From: Verrucomicrobiota bacterium
GTDB lineage: Bacteria > Verrucomicrobiota > Verrucomicrobiia > Limisphaerales > UBA9464
DNA: 42,027 nt
Direction: 5' to 3'
NCBI GenBank assembly: GCA_039800465.1
Contig: JBDLQQ010000140.1
Span: 1 to 42,027, forward strand
Shown here: positions 1 to 8,621 of the stretch, one piece after another
Numbering within the stretch: position 1 is the stretch's first letter
How the letters are laid out: every line of letters starts with the position of its first letter
Notes under the pieces: generated by a model
Seen by the model: the letters and a program-made list of their open reading frames with translations, nothing else
Database searches by the model: none
Told to the model about the DNA's origin: nothing
Position numbers and translations under genes: made by a program

Positions 1-947
1 CTGCTCTGATGATCACCTATCCCAGCACCCATGGTGTGTTCGAGGTGGCGGTGAAGGATATCTGCCAGTGGGTCCATGAAGCCGGTGGCCAGGTCTACAT
101 GGACGGGGCGAACATGAATGCCCAGGTTGGTCTGACCTCCCCGGGAACCCTCGGAGCCGATGTGTGTCACCTGAACCTGCACAAGACATTCTGCATTCCG
201 CACGGCGGAGGTGGCCCCGGCGTGGGGCCCGTTTGCGTGGCCGCACATCTGGTGGATTTCTTGCCGGGTCACGCTGTGGTGAACCTGGGAGGTGAGGATC
301 CGATCGGCGCGGTGAGTGCCGCGCCCTGGGGCAGTGCTTCGATTTGCGTCATCTCATGGATGTACATCCAGATGATGGGTGACGTGGGGCTGACTGCGGC
401 CACTCGGGTGGCCATCCTGAACGCAAATTACATCGCTCAGCGACTGCAGCCCTATTTCCCCACGTTGTACCGTGCCAACGGGTGCGTTGCCCATGAGTGC
501 ATTCTGGATCTTCGCCAGTTCAAAAAGGTGACCGCCGAGGACGTGGCCAAACGATTGATGGACTACGGGCTCCATGCGCCCACCCTGAGTTGGCCAGTGG
601 CGGGAACGTTGATGGTTGAACCGACCGAGTCGGAGCCTCGGGCTGAGTTGGATCGGTTCTGCGAGGCCATGATCGCCATCCATGGCGAAATCCTGGAGGT
701 GGAATCGGGCCTCGTGGATGCGAAGACCAACCTGCTCAAGAATGCTCCCCATACCGCAGACCAGATCGCGGGGGATTCATGGGATCGCCCTTACACCCGC
801 GAACGGGCAGCATTTCCGGTAGCGGGTCTGAAGGATTTCAAGTTCTGGCCGGCATCAGGTCGGGTCGACAATGTGTTCGGCGACCGAAATCTGGTGTGCT
901 CCTGCGTCGGGATGGAGGCCTACGGCGCGCCCGTCTCGGAGCGGTGA
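1..947 (+). CDS. gcvP: glycine dehydrogenase (decarboxylating) P-protein, C-terminal ~315 aa; the 5' part lies outside the window
   Basis: The frame is open to the window edge. The translation (...[11 protein letters not shown]...[22 protein letters not shown]...) contains the PLP-lysine block NLHKTF and the C-terminal blocks typical of GcvP. Stop TGA at 945-947 is followed by a terminator hairpin. Confidence 0.9.
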   Translation, partial: ALMITYPSTHGVFEVAVKDICQWVHEAGGQVYMDGANMNAQVGLTSPGTLGADVCHLNLHKTFCIPHGGGGPGVGPVCVAAHLVDFLPGHAVVNLGGEDPIGAVSAAPWGSASICVISWMYIQMMGDVGLTAATRVAILNANYIAQRLQPYFPTLYRANGCVAHECILDLRQFKKVTAEDVAKRLMDYGLHAPTLSWPVAGTLMVEPTESEPRAELDRFCEAMIAIHGEILEVESGLVDAKTNLLKNAPHTADQIAGDSWDRPYTRERAAFPVAGLKDFKFWPASGRVDNVFGDRNLVCSCVGMEAYGAPVSER

Positions 948-988
948 GGCTGCTGGTCTTCTAGTTCAACGGATCTTTGTTCAAGACC

Positions 989-1016
989 AAGACCGCCTTC
1001 GGGCGGTCTTGTTTTG
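989..1016 (+). terminator. rho-independent terminator of gcvP
   Basis: Perfect 9-bp stem AAGACCGCC (989-997) / GGCGGTCTT (1002-1010) with a TTCG tetraloop, followed by GTTTTG (1011-1016). Confidence 0.85.
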
Positions 1017-1542
1017 GTGCGCCCGGCAGGGCGCACTCTCCAACGGGTTAAAGTCCCGAGCAGGCCCGACAAGGGGAACTGCATAGCTGCACGACAAGGG
1101 TGTCCGCCGCGAGGCGGGATCTAAAGGAAGTCGGAGGCAAAGCACTGGATCGACGAACAGGAAGCGGATACGAGGCGAACGTGGGGGATAAGAAGGCCAA
1201 GATCTTCAAAGTCCAAAACTTGTACGGAACCCACGGGCGTAGATCCGACGGTCATAAGTGCGGAGGAGAGTGCGCAATACCCGGGGAGATCTCTGGCGTT
1301 GCGATAAAGCTAGCGCTGCCGAAAGGCGGTGACGATGACGCTGGAGAAGTCAGCCGAGATCATAGTAGGTCGTCTTGCGACTGAAGGATCGAACGTGAAG
1401 ACACGGTTGGTCGACCGAGGACGCGATGCGAGAGGGAGAGCCAGAAGTGCGGGCTGAAACGCCCGTGGTGGATCTGCAGGGATCGGGCCGGAAGCCCGGA
1501 TCGGGGCAGTTCCGCGGCTCAAGTCCGACGCGTCCCTCGGCA

Positions 1543-2841
1543 ATGACTGGACCTGGAGAGCCGGGGCTGTTCGAAAGAATGCTCGGGCAAGAGAACATGC
1601 TCAAGGCCCTCAGGGCCGTGGAGACCAATCGCGGTGCCGGCGGTATCGACGGCATGGAGGTTGGGCAACTCCGGGGGTTCCTGAAGGAGCACTGGGCAGG
1701 CATCAAAGAGCGACTCCTGACTGGGAGCTATGAACCCCAGCCGGTGCGAAGGGTTGACATACCCAAGCCCGGCGGAGGGACACGCATGCTGGGGATCCCG
1801 ACGGTCCTAGACCGACTGATCCAGCAGGCGATCCATCAAATACTCAGCCCGATCTGGGAGGGTGAGTTCTCGGAGCACAGTTACGGGTTTCGGCCCGGAC
1901 GCAGTGCTGCACAGGCGGTCAGAGCGGCCCAAGGACACGTCAACGCCGGCAAACGCTGGGTGGTGGACCTGGATTTGGAGAAGTTCTTCGACCGAGTGAA
2001 CCACGATGTGCTGATGGCCCGGGTGGCCCGAAGGGTGAACGACCGGCGGATGCTGGCACTGATCCGGGGCTATCTGAAGAGCGGGATCCTTGCCGGGGGA
2101 GTGGTCGAAGCGCGGACGGAAGGGACACCGCAAGGTGGCCCGTTGTCTCCGCTGCTCTCGAACATCCTCCTGGACGATTTGGATCGGGAACTGGAACGAC
2201 GTGGCCACCGGTTCTGCCGGTATGCCGATGACTGCAACGTTTACGTGGGCAGTCGGGCAGCTGGAGAACGGGTGATGCGCACGTTGACCCGGTTTCTGAA
2301 GGAACACCTGCGTTTGAGCGTGAACCTGACGAAGAGTGCGGTGGATCGGCCTTGGAACCGCAAGTTCCTGGGCTTTTCCTTCACCTCCCAGCGGGTGAGC
2401 CGGATCAAGGCGGCGCCCCAGTCGGTGGAGCGGTTTCGGGACAAGCTCCGACAACGTTTCCGTGAGGGACGGGGTCGGGACCTGAGGCGGTTCCTTGAGG
2501 AGCTCCAGCCCCAATTGAGAGGTTGGGCTGGCTATTTCAGCATCGCGGAGACGAGAGGGGTATTTGATGAACTAGACCAATGGATCCGGAGGAAACTCCG
2601 ATGCATGGAATGGAGGAAGTGGAAGCGCCCACGACGACGAATGCAGCGATTGACCGCCCTGGGACTGGATCGGGAGAGAGCCCGGTCGAGTGCCTTCAAT
2701 GGCCGTGGCCCGTGGTGGAATGCCGGTGCATCGCACATGAACGTAGCGCTGCCCACCGCCTACTTCCGGAAACTAGGTCTTGTCTCCCTGATGGAGGAGG
2801 TCAATTGGCTGACTCTGAAGCGCGAGCTTCGGTCTTCATGA
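1543..2841 (+). CDS. group II intron-encoded reverse transcriptase/maturase with no endonuclease domain
   Basis: RT blocks are present: GIDGM, PKPGGGTRMLGIPTVLDRLIQQA, YGFRPGRSAAQAV, DLDLEKFFDRVNHD, GTPQGGPLSPLLSNILLDDLD and the catalytic YADD (RYADDCNVYV). A maturase X-like tail follows (RGWAGYF...WIRRKLR). The protein ends about 40 aa later with no HNH/En domain. The ORF track starts at ATG 1426. ATG 1543 gives the usual ~35 aa lead before the GIDGM block, so it is preferred. Confidence 0.9.
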   Translation: MTGPGEPGLFERMLGQENMLKALRAVETNRGAGGIDGMEVGQLRGFLKEHWAGIKERLLTGSYEPQPVRRVDIPKPGGGTRMLGIPTVLDRLIQQAIHQILSPIWEGEFSEHSYGFRPGRSAAQAVRAAQGHVNAGKRWVVDLDLEKFFDRVNHDVLMARVARRVNDRRMLALIRGYLKSGILAGGVVEARTEGTPQGGPLSPLLSNILLDDLDRELERRGHRFCRYADDCNVYVGSRAAGERVMRTLTRFLKEHLRLSVNLTKSAVDRPWNRKFLGFSFTSQRVSRIKAAPQSVERFRDKLRQRFREGRGRDLRRFLEELQPQLRGWAGYFSIAETRGVFDELDQWIRRKLRCMEWRKWKRPRRRMQRLTALGLDRERARSSAFNGRGPWWNAGASHMNVALPTAYFRKLGLVSLMEEVNWLTLKRELRSS

Positions 2842-2873
2842 ACCGCCGGATACGGAACCGTATGTCCGGTGGT
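2842..2873 (+). ncRNA. group II intron domain V (catalytic hairpin)
   Basis: ACCGCCGGAUACG-GAAC-CGUA(UG)UCCGGUGGU. The lower helix carries a CGC triad (2844-2846) with a G2845-U2870 wobble. There is a 2-nt bulge (2863-2864) on the 3' strand and a 4-nt loop. A CGC rather than AGC triad is the IIC signature. Confidence 0.75.
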
Positions 2874-2992
2874 GTGGGAGGACGGCGGGGGTGGCAACAT
2901 CCCCGCCTCCTACCCGATGCGTGGGGGCGGCGGGGACGAGGGGATCCTCTGCCGGGGGCGCGATCCGGAGCTCCGGGACCGGAGTGGATCGG

Positions 2993-3898
2993 TCACCGAT
3001 CCCGCTCGAGCAGGTACTTGGCGAGGGCCTCGAGGGCGACTGCGCGTCCACGGAAGGGCTTGAGGGCCGCGAAGGCCTTGGCCGTGAGGGACGCGGCGAT
3101 CTTCTTCGACTTCTCGAGGCCGACGAGACGGGGGTAGGTCGCCTTCTGTGCTGCGACATCCTTGCCGGCCGTCTTGCCGAGGGTCTCGGTCGACTGGGTG
3201 ACGTCCAGGATGTCGTCGATCACCTGGAAGGCGAGGCCGACATGGTAGCCGAAGTCGGTGAGGGCCTGGAGCTGGGCTGGGGTGCAGTTGGCGCTCATGC
3301 CGCCGAGGCGGACCGAGCAGCACAGGAGCGCGCTGGTCTTCCGCTCATGGATGTACTGGAGCTGGGCCAGCGAGACCTTCTTGCCCTCGCCCTCGAGGTC
3401 GGCCACCTGGCCGGCGATGAGCTGCAGGGAGCCGGACGCCTTGGCGATCTCCAGGACCAGATCCCTGTGGGAGTACCGGGGCCACGACTGCGCCTGGGCG
3501 GCGATCTCGAAGGCCTGGGTCAGCAGGGCGTCCCCGGCGAGCACGGCGATGCCCTCGCCGAAGACCTTGTGGTTGGTCGGCTTCCCGCGACGGAAGTCGT
3601 CATTGTCCATCGCGGGGAGGTCGTCGTGGATCAGGGAATAGGTGTGGATGCACTCGACCGCACAGGCGAGCGGCAGGGCCTGCTTCGGATCCCCGCCGCA
3701 CGCCTCGGCCGCGGCGAGCACCAGCGCGGGTCGCATCCGCTTCCCGCCGGCAAACAGCGAGTAGCGCATCGACTTGTGGATGGTGCCCGGACGGGTCGAG
3801 GCCTTGGGCAGGAAACGATCCAGGGCACGGTCGACTTCCTTGGAACGGGCCTGGACCCAGGAACCGAGATCGAACGGGGAGGACTTCGGCGAGGACAT
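2993..3898 (-). CDS. ispA: (2E,6E)-farnesyl diphosphate synthase / short-chain polyprenyl synthase
   Basis: First Asp-rich motif is ECIHTYSLIHDDLPAMDNDDFRRGKPT and the second is FQVIDDILD, closely like E. coli IspA. The longest ORF begins at GTG 3958, abutting the upstream stop. ATG 3898 (MSSPKSSPFDL...) gives the normal N-terminal length. Confidence 0.85.
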   Translation of the reverse strand: MSSPKSSPFDLGSWVQARSKEVDRALDRFLPKASTRPGTIHKSMRYSLFAGGKRMRPALVLAAAEACGGDPKQALPLACAVECIHTYSLIHDDLPAMDNDDFRRGKPTNHKVFGEGIAVLAGDALLTQAFEIAAQAQSWPRYSHRDLVLEIAKASGSLQLIAGQVADLEGEGKKVSLAQLQYIHERKTSALLCCSVRLGGMSANCTPAQLQALTDFGYHVGLAFQVIDDILDVTQSTETLGKTAGKDVAAQKATYPRLVGLEKSKKIAASLTAKAFAALKPFRGRAVALEALAKYLLERDR

Positions 3899-3958
3899 GC
3901 GGTCGGAAAGGCTAGAGAAGTCCGCCGAGGGAGGACAAAGCTGTTTTTCCGTCGGCAC

Positions 3959-5380
3959 TCACCGGGCGGCGGTCAGCGGGGACGACGACAGCGGAACGGG
4001 TAGGAAAACGGCGACCAGGGATCCGTCGGCCGGGTTGAACACGCGGATCAACCCGTCGAACCCGCCGGTCAACAGCCGCTGGCCATCGGGCGTGAACCCG
4101 AGGGCGAATACCGCCCCGCCATGGCCACCCAGCGTGGCCACCCGCTTCCCGTCGGCCGTCTCGTACAGGCGGACCTCGCCGCCGACGCCCCCGACGGCGA
4201 TCCGGGATCCATCGGGACTGAAGGCCACGCTGTGGACGGCACCGGGCTGGCGTTCGAACTCACGGACGAGGTTGACGTCATTGTTCCCGGCGGTGCGCTC
4301 CTGGTTCTCCTTCATGCGGTATAGGCGAACGCCACCGTCCGCCCCGCCATAGAGGGCCAGGTCCTCCTTGGGGTGGCGGGTCATGGAGGTGACCGGTTCC
4401 AGCAGCTTGTTGATGTCGTCGATGAACTGCCCATCGGCGGGATTGATCAGCTTCAGGGCGCGATCCCGGCTGCCGCTGAGGAGACGGCGCCCGTCCACGT
4501 TCCACGCGGTCCGGAGGGTCCAGTCGCTGTGGTTCTCGAACTTCATGGTCTCCTTGCCGTCGGGCAGGGCGAGGACCCGGACGGTCTTGTCGGCGCCGCC
4601 GAACGCGAGCTGCCGTCCATCGGGCGACCACGACACGCCGTAGGTCGAATCGGTCCCGGTCCGCCAGGCGTGGACCTGGTTGGTCGCGGCGACATTCCAG
4701 ACCTGGATCTCACCGAACCGTGCGGGTGCTCCGGCCGCGACGGCGAGGTGCTGGGAGTCGGGCGAGAAGGCGAGGGATTCGACCCGCGGGGATTCACCGA
4801 GGAGACGCCCCTTGAGGGAGAGGGTCTGGGCGTCGACCAGGAACACCTCGTGATAGCCGGAGATCGCGAGCCAGCGTCCGTCGGGCGACACCGCGAGCGC
4901 GGTGGTCACGGAGGGCACGGTGTAGGTCGGCAGCGCATTCAGGCGTGTCGACAGGGCCTCGGCCGGGGTGTCGTCCTTCGCCCCTTCCTGGATCCAGCGG
5001 GAGATCAGGGCGACCTCGGCGGCCGACAGGGGATCCCCCTCCTCGGGCATCTCCGGCTTGGGGCCGCTGATCTCCTGGACGAGGAGCGATTTCGCGGAGT
5101 CGCCGGCCACGAAGTTGGGACCGTGTTTTCCGGCCTTGAGCAGGCCTGCGTAGGTCGAGGTGTCGACCTGGCCCTTCATCTTGTTCGGGTTGTGGCATCC
5201 GTTGCAGGACCGCTTGAGGATGGGCGTCACCTCGCGATGCCAGGAGACGGGCGCCGTGGCACCGAGGGTGGGGAGGGTCAGGAGGAGGGTGATCGCGGTG
5301 GTGGCGGCACCGGTCCAGAAACCTCGTGCGGCGTTCCGGGCTGGACGAGCTGGGGAGGCGCTGTGGGTGGGGGCGTTCAT
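3959..5380 (-). CDS. secreted c-type cytochrome domain (PSCyt1-like) fused to a WD40 beta-propeller
   Basis: N-terminal hydrophobic signal. CXXCH (CNGCH) is encoded at 5192-5206 in the context ILKRSCNGCHNP...ISRWIQEGA, typical of the planctomycete cytochrome C domain. Repeated WD40-like units follow (SPDGR.LA, GGADKTVRV, GSRDRALKL, GGFDGLIRVF). Confidence 0.8.
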   Translation of the reverse strand: MNAPTHSASPARPARNAARGFWTGAATTAITLLLTLPTLGATAPVSWHREVTPILKRSCNGCHNPNKMKGQVDTSTYAGLLKAGKHGPNFVAGDSAKSLLVQEISGPKPEMPEEGDPLSAAEVALISRWIQEGAKDDTPAEALSTRLNALPTYTVPSVTTALAVSPDGRWLAISGYHEVFLVDAQTLSLKGRLLGESPRVESLAFSPDSQHLAVAAGAPARFGEIQVWNVAATNQVHAWRTGTDSTYGVSWSPDGRQLAFGGADKTVRVLALPDGKETMKFENHSDWTLRTAWNVDGRRLLSGSRDRALKLINPADGQFIDDINKLLEPVTSMTRHPKEDLALYGGADGGVRLYRMKENQERTAGNNDVNLVREFERQPGAVHSVAFSPDGSRIAVGGVGGEVRLYETADGKRVATLGGHGGAVFALGFTPDGQRLLTGGFDGLIRVFNPADGSLVAVFLPVPLSSSPLTAAR

Positions 5381-5417
5381 GGTCGCGGTCGGGTTGATCC
5401 GGTCGGGTTGAGGTCGG

Positions 5418-7811
5418 CTATTTGCCCGGCTGGGCTGCAGGGGCGTTGGTGGCGGCCGATTCCGGGGCAGTGAGCGTGAGGGTGATGGGCTGGGTCTTCT
5501 GGCGCCAGATCCGGTCCTCGTGGGTCGCGGTGCCCACGATGTGGAGCGAGTGGTCCTTCCCGGTCTCGGCCGCGTCGCTGACCTTCAGCCGGACCGAGGC
5601 CTCCTTCTTCCCGGCGGGGATGGGGGAGACGGTGGCTTCGACCCCCTTGGGCAGGCCTTCCAGCACGAGGGCGATCTCACCCTCGACGCCGCGTCGGTCC
5701 ACCTTGACCACGAACTCGGTCTGGTTGGCCGAGGAGACCGCGTTGGTCGGGAGCGCGACGGCGGACAGTCGGACGGGGTCGGTCCGGAAGAAGGGCGATC
5801 CGGGCAGCATGGCGGTCAGGAACATGGCGATCCCCCGGGTCTGGAGCGGCACGGGTTGGGCGGCGTGGCTGATCGTGGTACGTCCGTCCACCGTGGCTTC
5901 CCCGCGGACGAGGAGCGGTCGGATCCCCACCTCGGACCCGTTGGACACCTGCAGGTTCAGCTTGGTCCGGGACTGTCCGGCCGGCACGGCGACGGCGGGG
6001 ATGGAGATGCCGGGAAGACCCTCGGCCGACACCCGGACCTCTCCGGTGAAGCCGGGCCGGCGCACCACGCTCACGTCGAGGGCGGCGCTACCGTTCTGCT
6101 CGGCGAGCAGGGAGGGCTGGGCGACCTCGATGTCGAAGGGCGCGGGGGGCAGCACGGTGAGCCAGGGTGATTCCGGGAAGACGACCATTCGACTGGCGGC
6201 CTTTCCCCCGAGTTCACCGATGGCCTCCAGCTGGAAGGGGAGGAACCCGAGGGTGGTGATGTCGTTGGCGGCCAGCACGATCCAACCGGCCCGGTTCTGC
6301 GGCCCCAGCACCAGGGGGGAGGCTGTGACGCCGGGTGGCAGGTTGACGGCGTTCACCCGCACCATGCCGTCGAATCCGTTGCGGGCGTCGAGTTCGCATC
6401 GGAGGGCGGTCCGTCCGCCCTGGGTGATGCGGATCCGCCCGGCCGAGGCCCGGACCGTGAAGTCGGGCGTTGGCGCCAAGGGGCGGAGGACCAGCCGATA
6501 GCCGAACCGGGGGCCGCCCCGATCGGTGAGGTCGCGGATCGAGAGCCCATATTCCGTGCCCTTCTTGGCGTCGAACTCAATCCGGGCATCCTGTTCCGCG
6601 GCATCGTCGTTCCGGGTGATCACGCCTCCTTGGCCATCCATGAGGGTCAGGAGGGAGTCCAGCGGGGATCCGAACCGGCGGGCCTGGACCTCGATCGAAA
6701 GCCGCTGGTCGGCTGGGGCGGTGAACCGGAAGGTGTCGGTGTCCTTGGCCTCGCCGATCCGTCCATCCACCACGATGGGGAGCTCGAGGCGCATGGCCTG
6801 GGCCGGGGCGTTGTTGGGTTCGACCTCCAGGAGCTCGGGCAGGTCATCGGTCTCGAACGGCTGGGGATTCGACACCCCCTTGGCGGTCCGCGCCCGGAGG
6901 TCCTGTCGTCCGAGCTGGGCGTCGGGAGCGATCCGGAGCTTCAGGCTCTCGGCCCCCTCGAGATTGGATCCCTGGAGGGACACCGTGACCTCGGAGCCCC
7001 GGCGACCGCCGAACGGGAAGAGGGACTCCAGGTAGGGCAGCTCGCCGATGAGGAGACGGTACCGGTAGTTCCCGGCCCCCTGGAACCGCAGGTCGTGGAG
7101 TGCGAGCTGATAGGTCCCGTCCTTGGGCACCTCGAACGCGAGGAAGGGGTCCAGTCCGTGGGCATCCTCGCTCTTCGCGAGGGTCTTCCCCTCGGCGTCG
7201 GTGATCAGGAGCGTCGGATCGAGCGGGGAGCCGAACCGGTTGGCCTGGACGTCGAGGATCAACCGTTGGCCGGCCTTGGCGGCGAAGGCGAACCGGTCGG
7301 TCTCGGCGGTGGCACCGATGGTTCCCGACACCGCTGCCGGGAGCGGGAGGGGGGAGGGGGCGGTGGATTCCAGCAGCTCTGGGACGTCGCTGAACTGGAG
7401 GGTGAGGGGGTTCGAGACGCCGTCGGGTCCGGCAACGCGGAGTTCCCGGGAGGCCGGGCTGGCGTCGGGTTCCACGACGAGACGGATGCGACGGGAATTG
7501 ACCGTGCCGGCCGATTCGGATCGGACCCCGGCACCATTGCCTTCGAGGGCGACGGCGGGGGTTGGGAGCGCCTCGAGGGTCGCCGAGACCCCGATTCCGG
7601 TGAGCAGGACCTCTGAGAGGTTGCCGAGGGCGTCCCCCGAGAGGGTGACCAGATTGGTGGTTCCCCGTTGGAACCAGTTGGCGGACGCGGAATCCAGTCG
7701 TGGCACCGGCTGGGCCCGGCAGGCCCATGCGGACAGCAGGCCCACGAGGAGCGTCAGCGTTCGGAGGGTGATCACCCGACGACGATGCGGAAATCGGGCT
7801 GCGGGTGGCAA
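5418..7811 (-). CDS. large secreted protein with two PPC (pre-peptidase C-terminal-like) domains and Ig-like repeats
   Basis: Signal-like N-terminus (ITLRTLTLLVGLLSAWACRA). Two blocks of the type ..TD.F.F.A.AGQRL.I.VQA.RFGSPLD..L.L.D..G......D......RYRL. The C-terminal half is Ig-like and beta-rich. The start is TTG 7811, or alternatively GTG 7775. Confidence 0.65.
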   Translation of the reverse strand: MPPAARFPHRRRVITLRTLTLLVGLLSAWACRAQPVPRLDSASANWFQRGTTNLVTLSGDALGNLSEVLLTGIGVSATLEALPTPAVALEGNGAGVRSESAGTVNSRRIRLVVEPDASPASRELRVAGPDGVSNPLTLQFSDVPELLESTAPSPLPLPAAVSGTIGATAETDRFAFAAKAGQRLILDVQANRFGSPLDPTLLITDAEGKTLAKSEDAHGLDPFLAFEVPKDGTYQLALHDLRFQGAGNYRYRLLIGELPYLESLFPFGGRRGSEVTVSLQGSNLEGAESLKLRIAPDAQLGRQDLRARTAKGVSNPQPFETDDLPELLEVEPNNAPAQAMRLELPIVVDGRIGEAKDTDTFRFTAPADQRLSIEVQARRFGSPLDSLLTLMDGQGGVITRNDDAAEQDARIEFDAKKGTEYGLSIRDLTDRGGPRFGYRLVLRPLAPTPDFTVRASAGRIRITQGGRTALRCELDARNGFDGMVRVNAVNLPPGVTASPLVLGPQNRAGWIVLAANDITTLGFLPFQLEAIGELGGKAASRMVVFPESPWLTVLPPAPFDIEVAQPSLLAEQNGSAALDVSVVRRPGFTGEVRVSAEGLPGISIPAVAVPAGQSRTKLNLQVSNGSEVGIRPLLVRGEATVDGRTTISHAAQPVPLQTRGIAMFLTAMLPGSPFFRTDPVRLSAVALPTNAVSSANQTEFVVKVDRRGVEGEIALVLEGLPKGVEATVSPIPAGKKEASVRLKVSDAAETGKDHSLHIVGTATHEDRIWRQKTQPITLTLTAPESAATNAPAAQPGK
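6483..7400 (-). repeat. tandem intragenic duplication encoding two [linker DxPELLE + PPC domain] modules
   Basis: aa ~138-258 (GVSNPLTLQFSDVPELLE...ETDRFAF...RFGSPLDPTLL...YRYRLLIG) parallels aa ~318-443 (GVSNPQPFETDDLPELLE...DTDTFRF...RFGSPLDSLLT...FGYRLVLRP). Confidence 0.6.
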
Positions 7812-7860
7812 ATCCCGAATCCCCGGAGACGGTCATCCGGGGTCGGCCGAGGCAGCGGCC

Positions 7861-8385
7861 TCAAGGACGCGCAGCGGGCTTCGTGGCCGGGGCGGTTCCG
7901 ATGCTGTCGCAGGTGAAGCTGTCGACGCAGTTCTTGAGGTTCGGGGCGACCTCGACCCAGTTCTCCTCGAGGGCCGTGGCGGTCACGAGATAGACCCGCC
8001 CCTGGGATTTCTGGGCCTTGGCGTACCAGTGCAGTCGGCGGTTCTGGATCTCCCCGTGATACTCGAAGACGGCGCCGGAATCCGTCGTGCGGCCCTGCTG
8101 GACGATCTTGAGGTTGGCGGACTCGAACTGCTTGAGGGAGAGCTTGATGTAGTCGTCGAGGCTCCCCTCGTAGGGTTGGATCTGGACGTTCACGTTCGGG
8201 GTGAAGTCCCCGCTGGTGGGCAGGAACATCAAGAGGACCTGCTGCGTGAGCTGTCCCTTGGGAGCCTCGAGGGGGGCGATGGAGAAACCGCTCGCTGCGA
8301 AATGGAGTCTGTTGGTGGTTTCGGCCCCGAGGGAGGATGCCATCAGGACCAGGGCGGGGAGGAGGCGGAGAGGCAGCAGGTTCAT
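7861..8385 (-). CDS. hypothetical secreted protein (~175 aa)
   Basis: Signal peptide MNLLPLRLLPALVLMASSLGA from ATG 8385. No motif that I recognise. Same strand as the PPC-domain gene and 49 nt upstream of it. The ORF track extends to 8457. Confidence 0.5.
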   Translation of the reverse strand: MNLLPLRLLPALVLMASSLGAETTNRLHFAASGFSIAPLEAPKGQLTQQVLLMFLPTSGDFTPNVNVQIQPYEGSLDDYIKLSLKQFESANLKIVQQGRTTDSGAVFEYHGEIQNRRLHWYAKAQKSQGRVYLVTATALEENWVEVAPNLKNCVDSFTCDSIGTAPATKPAARP

Positions 8386-8544
8386 CGGGCTTGGATCTCG
8401 GCGTGCCAGCCTCATCGCCGGCACCGCTGCAGAATGCTTCGTCCGACCGGTTTGCACACCTGGATTCCTGTCCGGGAGCCGCGGGACGGGATCGGGTTCG
8501 GACCAAGGTTGGGGAGCAGGACCTGTCCCTCATCGGCACCGAAA

Positions 8545-8574
8545 TTGACACCCGGAGGGGCCGTTCGCTAACCT
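8545..8574 (+). promoter_or_regulatory. candidate sigma70-like promoter for the small zinc-ribbon gene
   Basis: TTGACA (8545-8550), an 18-nt spacer, then TAACCT (8569-8574), about 48 nt upstream of ATG 8622. Promoter rules for this phylum are poorly known. Confidence 0.25.
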
Positions 8575-8621
8575 CCAACGTGGAAGGAAGCCGGATTTCA
8601 AGGTCCGGTGAACTCGATGTT

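Larger units (their letters stand above)
1017..2918 (+). mobile_element. group II intron, bacterial class C (IIC) architecture, apparently full length; 3' boundary uncertain by about 6 nt (2913-2918)
   Basis: GTGCG at 1017-1021 lies immediately after the terminator T-tract. About 400-500 nt of structured non-coding RNA precede an RT/maturase ORF. Domain V follows directly after the ORF stop (2842-2873). A domain VI-like helix pairs 2875-2890 with 2901-2916 and has a bulged A at 2912. The 5' blocks (GUGCGCCCGGCA..., AAGGGUGUCCG..., GGAUCUAAAGGAAG) and domain V resemble my recollection of the Oceanobacillus iheyensis IIC intron. That resemblance is not an alignment. Confidence 0.85.

Noticed and set aside
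1100-1384. A 94-aa ORF upstream of the intron RT.
   Set aside because: It lies within intron domain I RNA and has no motif. It is most simply non-coding ribozyme sequence.
1426-2841. The reverse transcriptase as a possible defence-associated RT (retron, DGR, Abi/UG/DRT type).
   Set aside because: It is embedded in a complete group II ribozyme context: 5' GUGCG, domain V with a catalytic triad and domain VI. It has a maturase X domain. There is no msr/msd-like repeat pair, no TR/VR repeat and no accessory effector gene nearby.
2965-2984. GC-rich overlapping palindromes (CCGGAGCTCCGG at 2965-2976; CTCCGGGACCGGAG at 2971-2984) between the intron 3' end and the ispA stop. They could be an ispA terminator or an intron-related site.
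   Set aside because: The stems are short, with no adjacent U-tract on the ispA strand. Such palindromes are common in GC-rich spacers. I could not tie them to the intron boundary.
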